Assembly: GCA_964016885.1 (NCBI GenBank)
Contig: OZ024741.1
Location: 88,412,001-88,476,000, forward strand
Source of the DNA: Eledone cirrhosa
Taxonomy: Eukaryota
Reading direction: 5' to 3'
DNA length: 64,000 nucleotides
In this document: piece after piece, positions 1 to 12,714 of the stretch
Position numbering within the stretch: the first letter of the stretch is position 1
Layout: every line of letters starts with the position of its first letter
Made by a program: the position numbers and the translations under genes
The notes under the pieces: generated by a model
The model's database searches: none
What the model was told of the DNA's origin: nothing
What the model saw: the letters and a program-made list of their open reading frames with translations, nothing else

Positions 1-241
1 GAGGGTATCTGTGCCTTATTTTCCTTTCTACAAACTAGGACTTTAGTCTTAGACAAGTTAACTTTAAGGCCTTTTGATTCTAGGCCATGCTTCAATGTTT
101 GGAATTTCTTTTCTAGTTCATCCATTGATTCAGCTATGAGCGTTAGATCATCTGCATATATGAGTTCCCATGGGCAGCCGGTCTTGAACTCCTCTGTTAT
201 AGCCTGAAGGGCAATAATAAATAGGAGGGGGCTAAGGACAG
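1..241 (-). mobile_element. RTE LINE reverse-transcriptase fragment (runs off window start)
   Basis: Reverse complement reads VLSPLLFIIALQAITEEFKTGCPWELIYADDLTLIAESMDELEKKFQ...KVNLSKTKVLVCRKENKAQIP, nearly identical to the RT at 47682-49721. Confidence 0.92.
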
Positions 242-243
242 TA

Positions 244-635
244 CATGCTGTAAAGTGGTTGGAGATAGGAAGGGCATCCTGCCATAGAAAGCTTGTCAAA
301 CAAAGGGTTGGGAGGACCCTTCAGTCATGTCAAGGACATGACAACCTCCCTAGTGTTGGTAATCTACACAATAAAGACACCCAGTGCATGCTGTAAAGTG
401 GTTGGAGATAGGAAGGGCATCCTGCCATAGAAAGCTTGTCAAACAAAGGGTTGGGAGGACCCTTCAGTCATGTTAAGGACATGACAACCTCCCTAGTGTT
501 GGTAATCTACACAATAAAGACACCCAGTGCATGCTGTAAAGTGGTTGGAGATAGGAAGGGCATCCTGCCATAGAAAGCTTGCTAAACAAGGGGTGGGAGG
601 ACCCTCCAGTTGTGTCAAAGACATGACGATCTCCT
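244..635. repeat. 143-bp tandem repeat, about 2.7 copies
   Basis: CATGCTGTAAAGTGGTTGGAGATAGGAAGGGCATCC recurs at 244, 387 and 530; related monomer at about 41620-41745. Confidence 0.93.
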
Positions 636-1723
636 GTAGGTGAGATGTATAGTTCTTTGTTGGGGTCAAGATAGGAGCGTCCACCTCTTGGTCTGGGAGT
701 ATTGATAAGATACTGCTAATCCTATCACCACCAGAAGCAACAGTTATAAGTGTGGACACAATAAGAAGTTCTTTGTTTCCTCATAACTTTCTTAATAATG
801 CATATTTTTTAATGAAAGATATGCTTTTGTCAGTGTAGAGTTCAATTAATTATTTTAAGGAATTAATTAATTTTTTTGTTTTAGACTTTCATTATTGTAT
901 ACTTTTATTCATTAATGTTTTCATTTGCTGCATACTTCCATTTGTAGTAGGCTAAACATAATCTGTGAATTTTTTTTCATTATGCCTTCCAATTTCATGT
1001 TAATAATTAATAATATCAATCAAAATAATGTCATAGATTTTATACAAGAATGTAATGCCTTTCTACAACTAAGAGTTGTGAAAGAAAAATATTTATTTTT
1101 TCTTAATTTCAACTTATTCGTATTCCACAACTTCATAAATGTATCAGTAGCATTTCCTTAAAAATATACTTTATTAAGAAATCTATGAAAAAACTGTAGT
1201 GATTTCTATATAAATATAACATATGTATGTACCATTATCATCATCACCGTTTTACATCTGTTTTGCATGCTAGCATGGGTTGGACAGTTTGTCATATTCT
1301 GTGACTAAGACAGGTCAGATGACCATGTCATGCTCATACAATCCATTTTGGCATAGTTTCTACAGCTGGATCATCATCATCATTTTACGTCCGCTTTTCC
1401 CTGCTTGCAAGGGTGGGATGGGTCCTATTCAGCACAGCATCTCTCCACTTGTCACGGTCCTTCGGCATCTCCTCCGTGAGCTTCAGCGATCTGAGGTCCG
1501 CTCTAACCACCTCCATGTTTTTCCTGGTCTTCCTCTACTGCGTCTTCCTTCTGCTGGCATTTCTTGGCACTTCTTTACTCAGCGGTCATCCTCCATGCGC
1601 ATGTGTTTCTTAATACCAACCACTTTACAGTGTGTACTGGGTGCATTGTATCGTAGTACCAGCACTACTATGGGAGTACTTAATGCATGAGGAGATGCAG
1701 AGCATGGATATAAAGATGTGTAA

Positions 1724-1849
1724 AATCCCAACCACAGTGCCAAGCAGTTTCAGCTTGTGTGTTTAGCAAGCCTTTTCAAGAGATTACTACATCCTTGAAA
1801 AGGCTTGCTGATACACAAGCCAAAACTGCTTGGCAGCACGGACGGGATT
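1724..1849. repeat. Imperfect inverted repeat (fold-back hairpin)
   Basis: TGCCAAGCAG...AGCAAGCCTTTTCAAG pairs with CTTGAAAAGGCTTGCT...CTGCTTGGCA; followed by TA-rich repeat. Confidence 0.8.
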
Positions 1850-2284
1850 ATACATATCTTTCTCTATATATATATATGTGTGAATATATATATATGTAGA
1901 TCCCAAGTAAAATTGTGAGTAACCACAGTTAAAAAAGGTACTCAATACATTAGTAGAGTGTAACATCATTATTTATTTTATTTATATATATACCCTTGCA
2001 AGCAGGGAAAAGCGGATGTAAAATGATGATGATGATATATATATATCTTTGAGGTGTGGGGACAACTGGAAAGCTTCCATTACTCATACTTCTCGCCTTC
2101 TTCACTACCTCTTCTACGGCCTCGATATGAATACCCCCTCCGCCTCCGTGGTATTTTCTTCGTGGTTATAAGAGGCTTAGCTCTGTTTCTCGACCGTTAT
2201 ATCGCGTGACTATCTCCCCCTCCGCCTTTTGGGATTCTTTCTCACGTCGTGTAGACGCGTTCTTGGGACTAGTAAAATGAGGTA

Positions 2285-2372
2285 TCCTCTTGATAAGTCG
2301 GCAGACCTCGCAAGGACTCTATATCTTTGATATATTGTTTTTGTTTATGCCACGAAACTACGTAGTCGAGGA
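2285..2372 (+). ncRNA. Minimal type-I hammerhead ribozyme, U3-A8 core variant
   Basis: Stem I TCCTC(2285-89)/GAGGA(2368-72); core TTGATAA(2290-96); stem II GTCGGCA...TGCCAC; GAAA(2354-57); palindromic stem III ACTACGTAGT; GUC site ending at 2367. Confidence 0.75.
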
Positions 2373-2603
2373 ATTTAGGAACAGTTTAGGTATGATACAT
2401 TTTATTACTAATTATATCTAAATGTTTCTTCTCTCTTCATAATGTATTTTTAACTCTGATACTGGTTCAGTCTGGTTCAAACTGAATTGGTCTGTCCCAG
2501 TCATTCATTGAGCAACATCTGTGAAGTTGGCACCCTTAACTCACAGTTGGGTGCGGATGCATTCATGTATATATGTGTGTGTCCGCATGTATCTGTGTGT
2601 TTC

Positions 2604-2686
<83 letters not shown>

Positions 2687-2687
2687 T

Positions 2688-3115
2688 ATAGAAGCAAAAA
2701 CTGGAATCAAAAGATTTCAAAGTAAACCTAAAGTTTTAGTAAGTAGGAAAGAGGATAAGACCCTGCTACAATAGGAAAATGGTTGTGCTCAATATCAAAT
2801 GTTCAGTAAGTTCACTAGAAGGAGTTGGTGGCTTTTGCTATCTAAGTGATCTTATTAGCAATGGAGGTGGATGTGCCAAAAATGTTGTAGCCAGTATGAA
2901 AATGAGACAGAAAATGTTCAGACAGCTGTTATCTCTGGTGGCAACAAAGGGTTTCTCTCTCAGAGTGAAGGGCATGAACCTGATGCTTGTGTATGAACTG
3001 TGCTGCAACATGAGAGCTTGAATGCAGGTTCCACTGGATGTATAACATTAGCATGCATGAATGACAGACTTTGAGAGAATAGCAAGGTGAAAGAGGAATC
3101 AGATGTAGTGTGCCA
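2688..3115 (+). mobile_element. Old, degraded RTE LINE RT/thumb fragment
   Basis: FCYLSDLISNGGGCAKNVVASMK...FRQLLSLVATKGFSLRVKG matches FRYLGDKISSGGGCSESTVARVR...FRELIPLLAAKGFSLKMKG of the RTE ORF. Confidence 0.8.
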
Positions 3116-3803
3116 ATGGTAGGCTAAAAATGATCCCTTTCTTCATGCTATATGAATGGTGGAAGCAAAGTTCAGATACTGTCATGAATCTACTACACTT
3201 TATACAATTACTACATCCAAGAAGCCCAATTTATTGTCATTTTCCCTCAATGTGATGAATTATATTGAACGTTTTATTCAGTCCACATGGTTTAACAGTA
3301 CCTGTATTTTTCCAAGTGAGGACAAAGTATGAGTATGTCATTTGTGTATCAGCCAGATTGTGGGCTTAAATATGGGCATTCTTCAAAGCATTTCCTCAAT
3401 GTTTGCCATTACCAAGAATAGATTTAAAGCTTCTCATTTCCATCACCTAATTGTCCTATGGGCCGATGTGATAGTGAATGTGTCAGAAGTTAAGTGTTGT
3501 ACTTTACCCGCAGGTTTGTTTTAAGGAAATTTTAAATCTGGACAAATTTTTGAGGCAGATGCTATGAACCAGTGTTTAATATTCTCTGAGTCTGAGAAGC
3601 ATTTGAAATGACTACTTTTAACATTTTATGAGTGTTTTAAGTCTTTTAACCATCCTTTACTATGTAAGCGCATGTAATAACTGACATAAAATGTAAAGAT
3701 ACTGCAGAGAATAACTTAGAACTACACAAGAATGGATCAACTGCACGTTAAAACAAACACCTATTTACCTGGTTGGTGTGAGTTCAATCACTGGCCAGTC
3801 ATT

Positions 3804-4122
3804 TATATATATATAATATAATATAGATATATATGTATATATATTATATATATATATATAATATAATATATATATGTATATACATATATATATTATACAT
3901 ATATAATATAATATATATATATACGTATATATATTATATATATATATGTATATATATTATATAATATATATATATACGTATATATATTATATATATATAT
4001 GTATATATATTATATATATATAATATAATATACATATATGTATATATACTATATATAATATAATATATATATGTATATATATTATATATATATAATATAA
4101 TATATATATTATATATAATATA
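3804..4122. repeat. Compound (TA)n-rich microsatellite; similar tracts at 2607-2685, 5469-5760, 28733-28812, 38569-38621 and elsewhere
   Basis: Direct inspection. Confidence 0.95.
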
Positions 4123-4415
4123 TCATCATCATCGTTTAATGTCTATCTTCCACCCTAGCATGGGTTTAGACGGGAATTGTCTCACTTGAGGCAAGATTGG
4201 TCGTCTCGTCTCGCAGGTTTTTTACGGCTGGATGCCCTTCCTAACACCAACCACGTTTACAGTGTGGACTGGGAAGTTTTTACCGTGTTACCTACACTGC
4301 CACATTACAGCGTGGACTGTGTGTTCTTTTGTCGTGACACCTACACGACCTCATTTATTTAGGACTGGATGTTGTGGTACCAACATAACTTTACAGAGAA
4401 AGGAGGGGTGTTGAT
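4123..4415 (-). mobile_element. RTE LINE 3' UTR fragment with (GAT)n tail
   Basis: Reverse complement of the 3' UTR at about 49770-50079 (GGATGCCCTTCCTAACACCAACC motif; CATCATCATCGTTTAA end). Confidence 0.85.
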
Positions 4416-4419
4416 GGGG

Positions 4420-4491
4420 TACTCCATTACCAAAGTTTTCTGGATCACAGACAATAATAATATAAGTCTGGAAACCTTTGGTAATGGAGTA
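4420..4491. repeat. Short inverted repeat
   Basis: TACTCCATTACCAAAGTTTTC pairs with GAAACCTTTGGTAATGGAGTA; about 100-bp unique tail, then TA repeat. Confidence 0.75.
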
Positions 4492-4611
4492 GTTATATTT
4501 TGTGTTGTTCAATTTCTAATCAAATAGCTCTGTTCTATACACAGAGCACTCTTTTTTCCTTTGCTTTTCCTTCGGAATTACCTAACATATATATTATATA
4601 TATATATATAA

Positions 4612-5465
4612 TATATCTATCTATCTATCTAAGGCAGGTAAAATTCCCGAGATCCATGGACAAGTTCTCTCCAGCGGTCTCTGTCCCTCATTATCGTTGC
4701 CATGTCCTGCATCTCCAAGAGACCAGTGTCTGTCCTTAGGGCATCAAAATATGTTAACCTCAGTCTTCCTCTTCCAGTGTGTCCATGCAGGGGCTCCCAC
4801 AGGAGCACTGAGTGCAGTGTCAACTATGGATGTCGGTGAGCATGTCCAGCTAACCTCAGTCTCCTCTGTGTCACTTTTGAGCTGACTTTTGGGAGGCTCC
4901 CATACAGCTCTGAGTTCTTCATCCTCAGTGTATACTGATTAATGTTCAGAGCCATTCTCAGCATTCTCATGTAGCAACCATCCACCATCTGAGTGAGTTT
5001 CTTGGTCACTTGGTCAGTGTCCAAGTCTCACCCGTACAGCAGCACAGACTCCACTACAGCAACGAAGAGACGGATCTTCAGGTCTTTACGAAGGTCCGAC
5101 TTCCACACCGATCTCAAGCTGTGGCACGCTGCCCAGGCTTTGCTCTTCCTCTCGACCACATCATCTTCCGTATTCCCAATCTTTGCTCCCAAATACAGGA
5201 AGTCCTCAACCAATTTTAGCGGCTTCCCACCTACATTAGTAATCTTCTCTGGCTTCTTAATATTCTCTACCAGATATTTCATCTTAATCTCATTCATTCT
5301 CCGCCCCAGACTCATCGACACAGTCTCCACCTCCTGCATCAAATCCTCTGCCTCCTTCACTGTGTTTGTCACCAAAACTATGTCGTCGGTAAATTCTGCA
5401 TCCAATATCTTTTTCGCCTTAACTCTCCTGCTCTGAGCCGGTGCTACAGTAAAGCCAGAGTTTCT
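4612..5465 (-). mobile_element. 5'-truncated RTE-clade LINE, second family, with (TAGA)n tail
   Basis: Frameshifted ORFs DAEFTDDIVLV...FLYLGAKI...VESVLLYG / VDGCYMRMLRMALNI...RRLRLAGHAHRH / LLWEP...RDRWRELV; ATCT repeat at 4614-4630. Confidence 0.88.
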
Positions 5466-5478
5466 CCAATATATATAT

Positions 5479-5531
<53 letters not shown>

Positions 5532-5559
5532 TATATATAATATATATATATATATATAT

Positions 5560-5611
<52 letters not shown>

Positions 5612-5732
5612 ATATAATATATATACATATAATATAATACATATGTATATATATATATTATATATATATATGATATAATATATATATATGTATATATATT
5701 ATATATATATCATATTATATATATATAATATA

Positions 5733-5758
<26 letters not shown>

Positions 5759-5763
<5 letters not shown>

Positions 5764-5904
5764 TTACAGTAATCAAAGTTCAGTTTAAGTCATTTATTTG
5801 CTTACAATTGTTTCCTCCAAACCGAGGTTTGGATTCTTCGGTTTGGAGGAAACAATTGTAAGCAAATAAATGACTTAAACTGAACTTTGATTACTGTAAT
5901 CTCT
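5759..5904. repeat. Perfect palindrome, about 67-bp arms
   Basis: AGAGATTACAGTAATC...CCAAACCGA / TCGGTTTGG...GATTACTGTAATCTCT with 12-nt loop; abuts (TA)n(GA)n. Confidence 0.95.
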
Positions 5905-6121
5905 ACATAACTGCTCTGTATAACAACTGATGTTATTACATTGAGCTATTTATCTTACTGGTAATAGGATAGTAATTAAAGACTATCTCTCACTATTTAG
6001 GGTTTGTGTATATATAATATATTACCAATCAAAGGTTTTATTGCATACATAACCATAAATAGTACCCTTAATACTATATATATATATATGCATTTATATT
6101 ATATATATAATATAATATATA

Positions 6122-6640
6122 CTAAGCAAAAGAGGAATCAAATACTGTGTGCAAGAGAGGAGGTTGCGTTAGTATGGACATATGATGCGTATAAAGGATG
6201 ACAGCTGCATAAAAAGGTGCAGAGCACTAGAAGTCGATGGAAGCCGTGGAGTGGGGAGACCCAAGAAGACCTGGGATGAGGTGATAAAAGCCGACCTTAC
6301 CCAATTGCGATGACGCACGACCGTGACCTCTGGCGTCACGCCGTAATACAGAAGACCCGACTTCCCACAGGTACAAGCTGAAGCATATTGACAAAATGCC
6401 CCCACCCTCTCCCACTGCAAAGTGGTCGTGGAGGTGCCACGGCAAAAAAGCACCCAGTCTACACTGTAAAGTGGTCGTGTAGGCGCCACGGAAAAAAAGC
6501 ACCCAGCACTCACTGTAAACGAGGTTGGTGTTAGGAAGGCCATCCAGCTGTAGAAATCGAGCCAAAATCCCGTATAGCAGGACAACCCGGCTAACCCATG
6601 CTAGCGTGGAAGAATGGACGTAAAACGGTGATGATGATGA
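6122..6640 (+). mobile_element. RTE LINE 3' fragment (end of ORF, 3' UTR, (GAT)n tail)
   Basis: RLR*YGHMMRIKDDSCIKRCRALEVDGSRGVGRPKKTWDEVIK; UTR sub-repeats; GATGATGAT end. Confidence 0.88.
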
Positions 6641-7675
6641 TATATGTATATATATATATATAATATTTACTCTGGTGATACTGAATTGAGCAGTTGGATA
6701 ATAATTAATATGAGAATAACTATGATATAGAATATGGAATAAGGACATTTTTCCCTCGTGGTGTTGGTTCGAAATTTAGAGAACTTTAATAAAGACGATG
6801 TGCACGTGAAGAAGTCTAGACCGAATATATAAATCTAGACTAGGAATAGTTTTCGAAGTAACAACTACCATTTATTTATCAAAGTTGATCAACTATCTAT
6901 AAATAAAAACTATTTACTTTATTTTTCAAGAAAAGACATAGTCAACTGTACTGTGTTAGATAAGTAAGTTCCTTCCCTATAACGGTAACAGTCTCTCTGA
7001 TTAGTACTACTCCCAGTATGTTAACAAACATAAAAAATATATATAATTAATATTAGACAAAATTTGTGGACAATTACAGTAAACATGAGTCCAAATGAAA
7101 GAAAAGATAACAGGAAAACTTGGTGTAGCTTTCTAAAATGTTTGACGCAACTCAAAACACTCATGGCATTACAGCGGGTGATAGCAAAGCTGAGGCGTCA
7201 GAAAAGCCAAGCACATTTAAAAATATAAAAAACTGAATCCATAAGCAATTGTTTTATCCAGATAAAGTGAAGTAATGATTTAGATTTTGTTCATCGTCTC
7301 ATATATTGATTGCTGACAACAAACTGCAGCTTATAGGATTCGGTTGTTGACTAATTTAGCTTACTTTGACTGCAATTCTATATTTAATGCATTAAAGTAT
7401 ATTAATTGTAATGAAATATATCAATTGTTTCTAAATTATAAAACATTTAATTTCTTGTTTTAAAGGAAGGTTACAATATTCGTATATTTTACATTAATGA
7501 CCTTAAGTAAATTATTCTTAGGGGGAATTAAAAAATTTACCTTTACCGGTAAAACACTGCATAATAACAATAAGAATAATAAACAATTTGCAATGCTATT
7601 TATACAACTGTGAATAATAAAACATAAGTTTCTCCTAAAAAAAACACACAAAAAAAACAATACTTTCGAGTATTG

Positions 7676-7919
7676 TTGACAATAGATTTCTTTTGAAGAA
7701 AATGAAAACATCTCGTCCATCTCATCATATTCATTTCGTATGCTCCCGCTCATAATATACACACGAACAGTTGTAATGCACTTGAGCACTGTACACAATA
7801 ATTTCATTATTATATATTATTATTATGATGGAACCCTAACCCTACTGCATATAATATTCGAAATGAATCTGATGAAAGGGACAAATATATTTTCATTTTC
7901 TTTAAAGATCTATTGTTAA
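7676..7919. repeat. MITE-like element with about 65-bp imperfect inverted repeats
   Basis: TTGACAATAGATTTC...CATATTCATTTCG versus CGAAATGAATCTG...GATCTATTGTTAA; CCCTAACCCT inside. Confidence 0.6.
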
Positions 7920-8759
7920 TGATACCCATACTTTGCCACCAGGACACATTTATGCATACGAAACGTGCTACAAAAAAGATTTACAGGTCGTGAGGGAATG
8001 TACAAATATGTAGTTATAAAACGAGGGGTGGGAGGCAAGGACGAAATACAGTTATAAATACAAGTCAAAACTTTTAAATAAGTAAATTTATAGAATAAAT
8101 AAACAAATGCTTGTATATAACGTTTACTTGAGACAAAGGGTCCCTATACGAAGACGTAAAAAAAATTAAAGTTTATGTTTTGTTTTGTTTTTTCCTTAAA
8201 AGCGTAGCCGGTGCCTCACGCGAAATGGTTTCAACCACGGGTGACAACTGAATCGCATACTAGGCTTTACTCTACAAGTCTGATAGTAGGGATCCAGCAT
8301 AAGTTCACAAATTGACAAGGTGGTAATAACATAGTGTGACATTCATGCTTTATTTATTTACTCAAGTGGTCACCAATAATCTTTTCTCGTGACGCATCAT
8401 GACATTTTTTTGGCAGAAGGATTATAGTCATTTGTTATTTAGCCCCAGGCCAACCCTAATTGAGCAAACCAATGATCAAATGCGCTCCGGTTGTGACCAT
8501 CGCATCAATTATTCGGATATATAGTACACGACGGTATGGTTTGAGGGATATTTAGTTACTATTTCTAGTTAAGCGGTTGCGTAGAGGCTCCCTCGTGGTT
8601 AATGCCAAACTGGTACCCATTTTTTAAACATTGGTACGTTTCAAACAATAAAGAATTTGATACAATAAAATCCACCAATGCAGCACAACTTACGCGAACC
8701 AACGGGACAGTATCTATGTGGTCAATCGACCTGCTAGACATAACAGCGAATTCTCTTTT

Positions 8760-8796
<37 letters not shown>

Positions 8797-10844
8797 ACAT
8801 TTCCTGTTGTCTTAGAAAAAGACACGTTAGATGATGTAATCATGAGTTCACGGATGGACCCAGCTAAAATGCATTTGATCATAGGTTTACTGGATCAGGG
8901 TGATAAAAAAAAAAATTTGCAGCCACTTTCATCTGTGATATTAAATATAAAACTGATAAAGTGAACTTAGTGTTATCTTTTGATATCCTGAATGGATGCA
9001 TTGTGAAAGTGGATGTTGTTATTTATGTCAGTCATTATTGTTAAGCCTCAGGTCAATCTTGATCGGGCAGACGTGATTAAAAGCATTTTAACCGTGACCA
9101 GCCCGTCTTTTTAGGGATATCTTTTTCGAGGTAGTAGGGAGATTTGACTGCTATTTCTAGTGGGTTGAGTGACCATATAGGGTCCCTTTCGAATTCAGAG
9201 TGTCATTTAAGATAACAGTTGAGAAAAACCACCACACATGGCTATCTGTATATATTTATATCTATTCATCTCTCTTTCAAGTTATTTTGACAACTATATA
9301 AGCCTGTACTCTGCTCAATCCCTCTACATCCATGTCACTATAGGGAAGTGTCTGTGTCTGTCAATCAATCCATTTGTATGTTTGTCTTGTCACGTACTGG
9401 GATGGCTAACTGTCAGCTGCCATTCCAAACACACACATATATTCTTATTACTGAACGCTCAGCTAGTAAATATTCACACCATAAATCTTTCACGTTTTTC
9501 TATCGTTCTATGATCTATTTGTCTGTCCTGGCTTGGTCACAGATCACTGGCTGAAACTAGTAATAGAATGTCATGGTATTCACACCTTAATCTCTCACAT
9601 TCTTTCTATCCATCTATGATGTATCTAACTAGCTATCCTAGCATGGCCACATGCCACTGGCTAAAACTAATAAAAGAATATCATCTGCACAGAGAGACAG
9701 CGAAAGATGGTGTAACACAGAAAAGATGTGACAGAAATTCAAGAGTGATGACGGAAAAATATACAATAAAAGTATAACACAAAAATGTGACAAAGAGAGA
9801 ATTGTAACGGAACGAAACGAGTTAAAACAAACGTTACAAAACTACAGTGATTATATATATATATATATATATATATATGGAAAAAGAGATATGATGGTAT
9901 GATGAGATGGTTAGTCGGTGTAAACATGATAACATAACTGATATAAAAGTTGTATTTGCTATTTCAGCACCATCGACGAGATCGTATTTTTCCTTCGGGA
10001 TATTAGAATTAAATGTAAACTGGTTTAAGACATAAGAGTAACTTTCAAAATAAAAATAATACTTATGATAAATTTCAAGCAAAGGTGTTTACTTACGAGC
10101 ATGCTTGTCTTAGTTTGTTTGTGTGAGGAACCAAGTCCTCCTCCTATAGCGACTTTCAACGTAAAGATAATCCAGATAAATATAAAATGATGATAGCAAA
10201 TGAAATGAAGGTGTACAAGAAATATATGATCACCGCTTCAACCTCAATAAATAACGATCGAATGTACAATTGTATTGATGTTATGAATTTTCAATAAAAT
10301 ATACGTTTGGCGGTGTGATGTAGTGAGTGTGCGTATGTATGTGTGTGCGTGCGCGAGCGGTATATATATGTGTGTGTTTTCAAATAGAATTTAGCATGCT
10401 TTGATGGATCCTAAAGGGAGGTAAATATAAACACATACAAATATATGTATGTGTGACAAAACGATGGGGAATTGGTGTCTATGGAAGCAGCAACGCGTCG
10501 TATATTGGATTTACTTGTTGATTGGTGCTCACATCGAATATAAGAGTACCTACATTTGCAAAATTGCAAATAAAAAGTATGCAGAAGAAAAGAACAAATA
10601 TTTTATTTCTAAATCATTGGGGAGATATATCATTTATTTCAAAGTAAATATCTCATTTTGATTTAATTTGAATGCAAGTTAAATCGCTAGACAAACGAGT
10701 CAGTGCGTGTACCTATATTTTTGTTGGTGCATACATATTGTGGAATATGTGTGTATTATTAAAGTGGCTGTTTTCTATAATTTGTGTGTATTGGGGGGGG
10801 GGATATTAAGGTATTATTGTGGGAAAACTAATCTAATATACAAA

Positions 10845-11280
10845 CATTTTTCCCCCCGGAAAATGAGGTGGGGGGGGGGGGGGTTATGGTTAGGTTTACG
10901 GTTAGGATTAGAGTTAGGGCTAGGTTTCCCAGTGAAAAAGTCGATTGCGAGCATCTAAGAGGTAGGATTAGTTGATAACGCAAAAAAAACAAAAAAACTA
11001 AGAAAAATGATTATTTCGCACCAAACGCAAGAGATGTGTAGATCTGCGAAACTCCAATGGTCTTTTTGTCACCTTTCACCCTCCTTTTTCTACAAGTCTA
11101 GTTTCCGACTGGTTCGAAGGGCATATTCGTTGTAACAAGCGGGAAAAAATCGTAGAGAAAACTCCTGGAATTCGGGAGGGATCGATTGCGGGCAGCTAGG
11201 AGGTTAGATTATTTGATAGCACGCGGAAAAAAAACGGAAAACAATTTTTCCCCCCTGGAATTGAGAGAGGCGGGTGTTCT
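10845..11280. repeat. Repeat element with degenerate TTAGGG-like array
   Basis: GGTTATGGTTAGGTTTACGGTTAGGATTAGAGTTAGGGCTAGG at about 10882-10924; similar TTTTCCCCCC(T)GGAA blocks near both ends. Confidence 0.45.
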
Positions 11281-11392
11281 ATAAATTTACCAATATTAAT
11301 ATAGTTTATATGCAAAGATTTATCAGCCATATGATATAAAACATAGATAGGCTTGGAATCAAGACCGAATTGAGACCTTTTGAGGCCCCAAG

Positions 11393-11585
11393 CACTGAAA
11401 CGATTATGGTACATTGTATATGGAACAAACTCCAATATACCATACTGAAAATATACTTCATGGAGCCCTTCTTTAACTGAGGTTCTAAACACTGAAAAGA
11501 TTATGGCCCAGATACTGAATATGGAACAAATTCCAATATACTGTACTGGAAAAATACTCTCTGGTATACTCTTTAATTGAAGCCT
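11393..11585. repeat. Diverged tandem duplication, about 97-bp unit x2
   Basis: CACTGAAA.GATTATGG...ATATGGAACAAA.TCCAATATAC..TACTG occurs twice. Confidence 0.8.
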
Positions 11586-12714
11586 AAAGCAGGTGCTTAT
11601 TTCGTCAAATGGTCAATTCAGGATTGTCTGGGCTAGTTTCAGCAAAATGATTTTGGAAATTAGGTATGTTAATCTCTAAAACAAATATTCCATTTTATAA
11701 AGTTTTGATAAAGTTCACGTCTGAGAAAACTAAATTATGTGTATATGTGTTTGGAGCTTGAACTACTGAAAGTCAGTGAGAAAGAGAGAGAGGGAGAAGA
11801 ATCTACCCCAGTACTTTATTTACTGACCGTGAAAGAATGATAGGCTGGATTTGAACTCAGAGCTCAAAGAGCCAGAACGAATACTACAGGTCATTGTATC
11901 CGATGTAAGTAAGCATATATAATTTGCCAGATATATGAATGAGAATTAATGTAATATTAACAACATAACTTGAGTGACAATTCTAAATCAAATTACATCG
12001 CATTTTACTCACAAGACTTGGATAAACTCAGTGATGGATAGCCTCAAGTCCCTATGTTTTATAGGCCTCTTAAAAGTGTGTATAAGCAGGGCCAACACCT
12101 GGATATCTAGCACACTAGGTTAATCCAATTCTCCAAAATAAATAATTTCAATTTACAGTTTGTCAAACTGACAAACATGTGTTGGCATGTCTTGCATTTT
12201 CCACCACACAATCCACAGTAATGTTACAAGTCAAACCCTCTAAATTACTTTGGATATTTCCACAATACCGCTACCTGGAGAAAATGTTTAGTTATTTATT
12301 TATTGATCACAGAATATTATTATATAGTCCACACTGTAAATGTGGTTGGTGTTAGGAAGGGCATCCAGCTGTAGAAAACCTGCCCGATATGTTCTATACG
12401 AGCGAGACACGGTCACCCAACCAATCTTGCCTCAAGTGGGACAATTCCCATCTAACCCATGCTAGCGTGGAAGATAGACGTTAAACGATGATGATGATGA
12501 TTAATTAAATTATACAAATTTGTTTAAAACTATGATTCTTTAAGATTCAATAAAGTGTATCTCTGACATCTATGCCCTAAGTTGTAACTCAGTTAACTTA
12601 ATGGTAGTGTTGGCCCTGTGTGTAAGCAAGAAAAACAACAACAATCAAATAAAAGTATGTATTTCGGAAGACAAGATCCGTCAAAATTAAAATATACTTT
12701 TAACTACAACAGCG

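Noticed and set aside
3180-3560. Possible decayed transposase
   Set aside because: No diagnostic motif or TIR could be recovered by eye
5419-5628. YI/CV/HT-rich ORFs (also at 19 kb, 37.5-38.2 kb, 46.2-47 kb, 51.9 kb, 55.4-55.7 kb)
   Set aside because: Translations of (TA)n, (CA)n and (CAC)n microsatellites
7865-7910. CTGATGA as a hammerhead core (also at 18106, 53345, 56237, 62314)
   Set aside because: No correctly placed stem II, GAAA, NUH and stem I
10882-10924. Telomere or chromosome fusion site
   Set aside because: Only about 7 degenerate units within a repeat-like context
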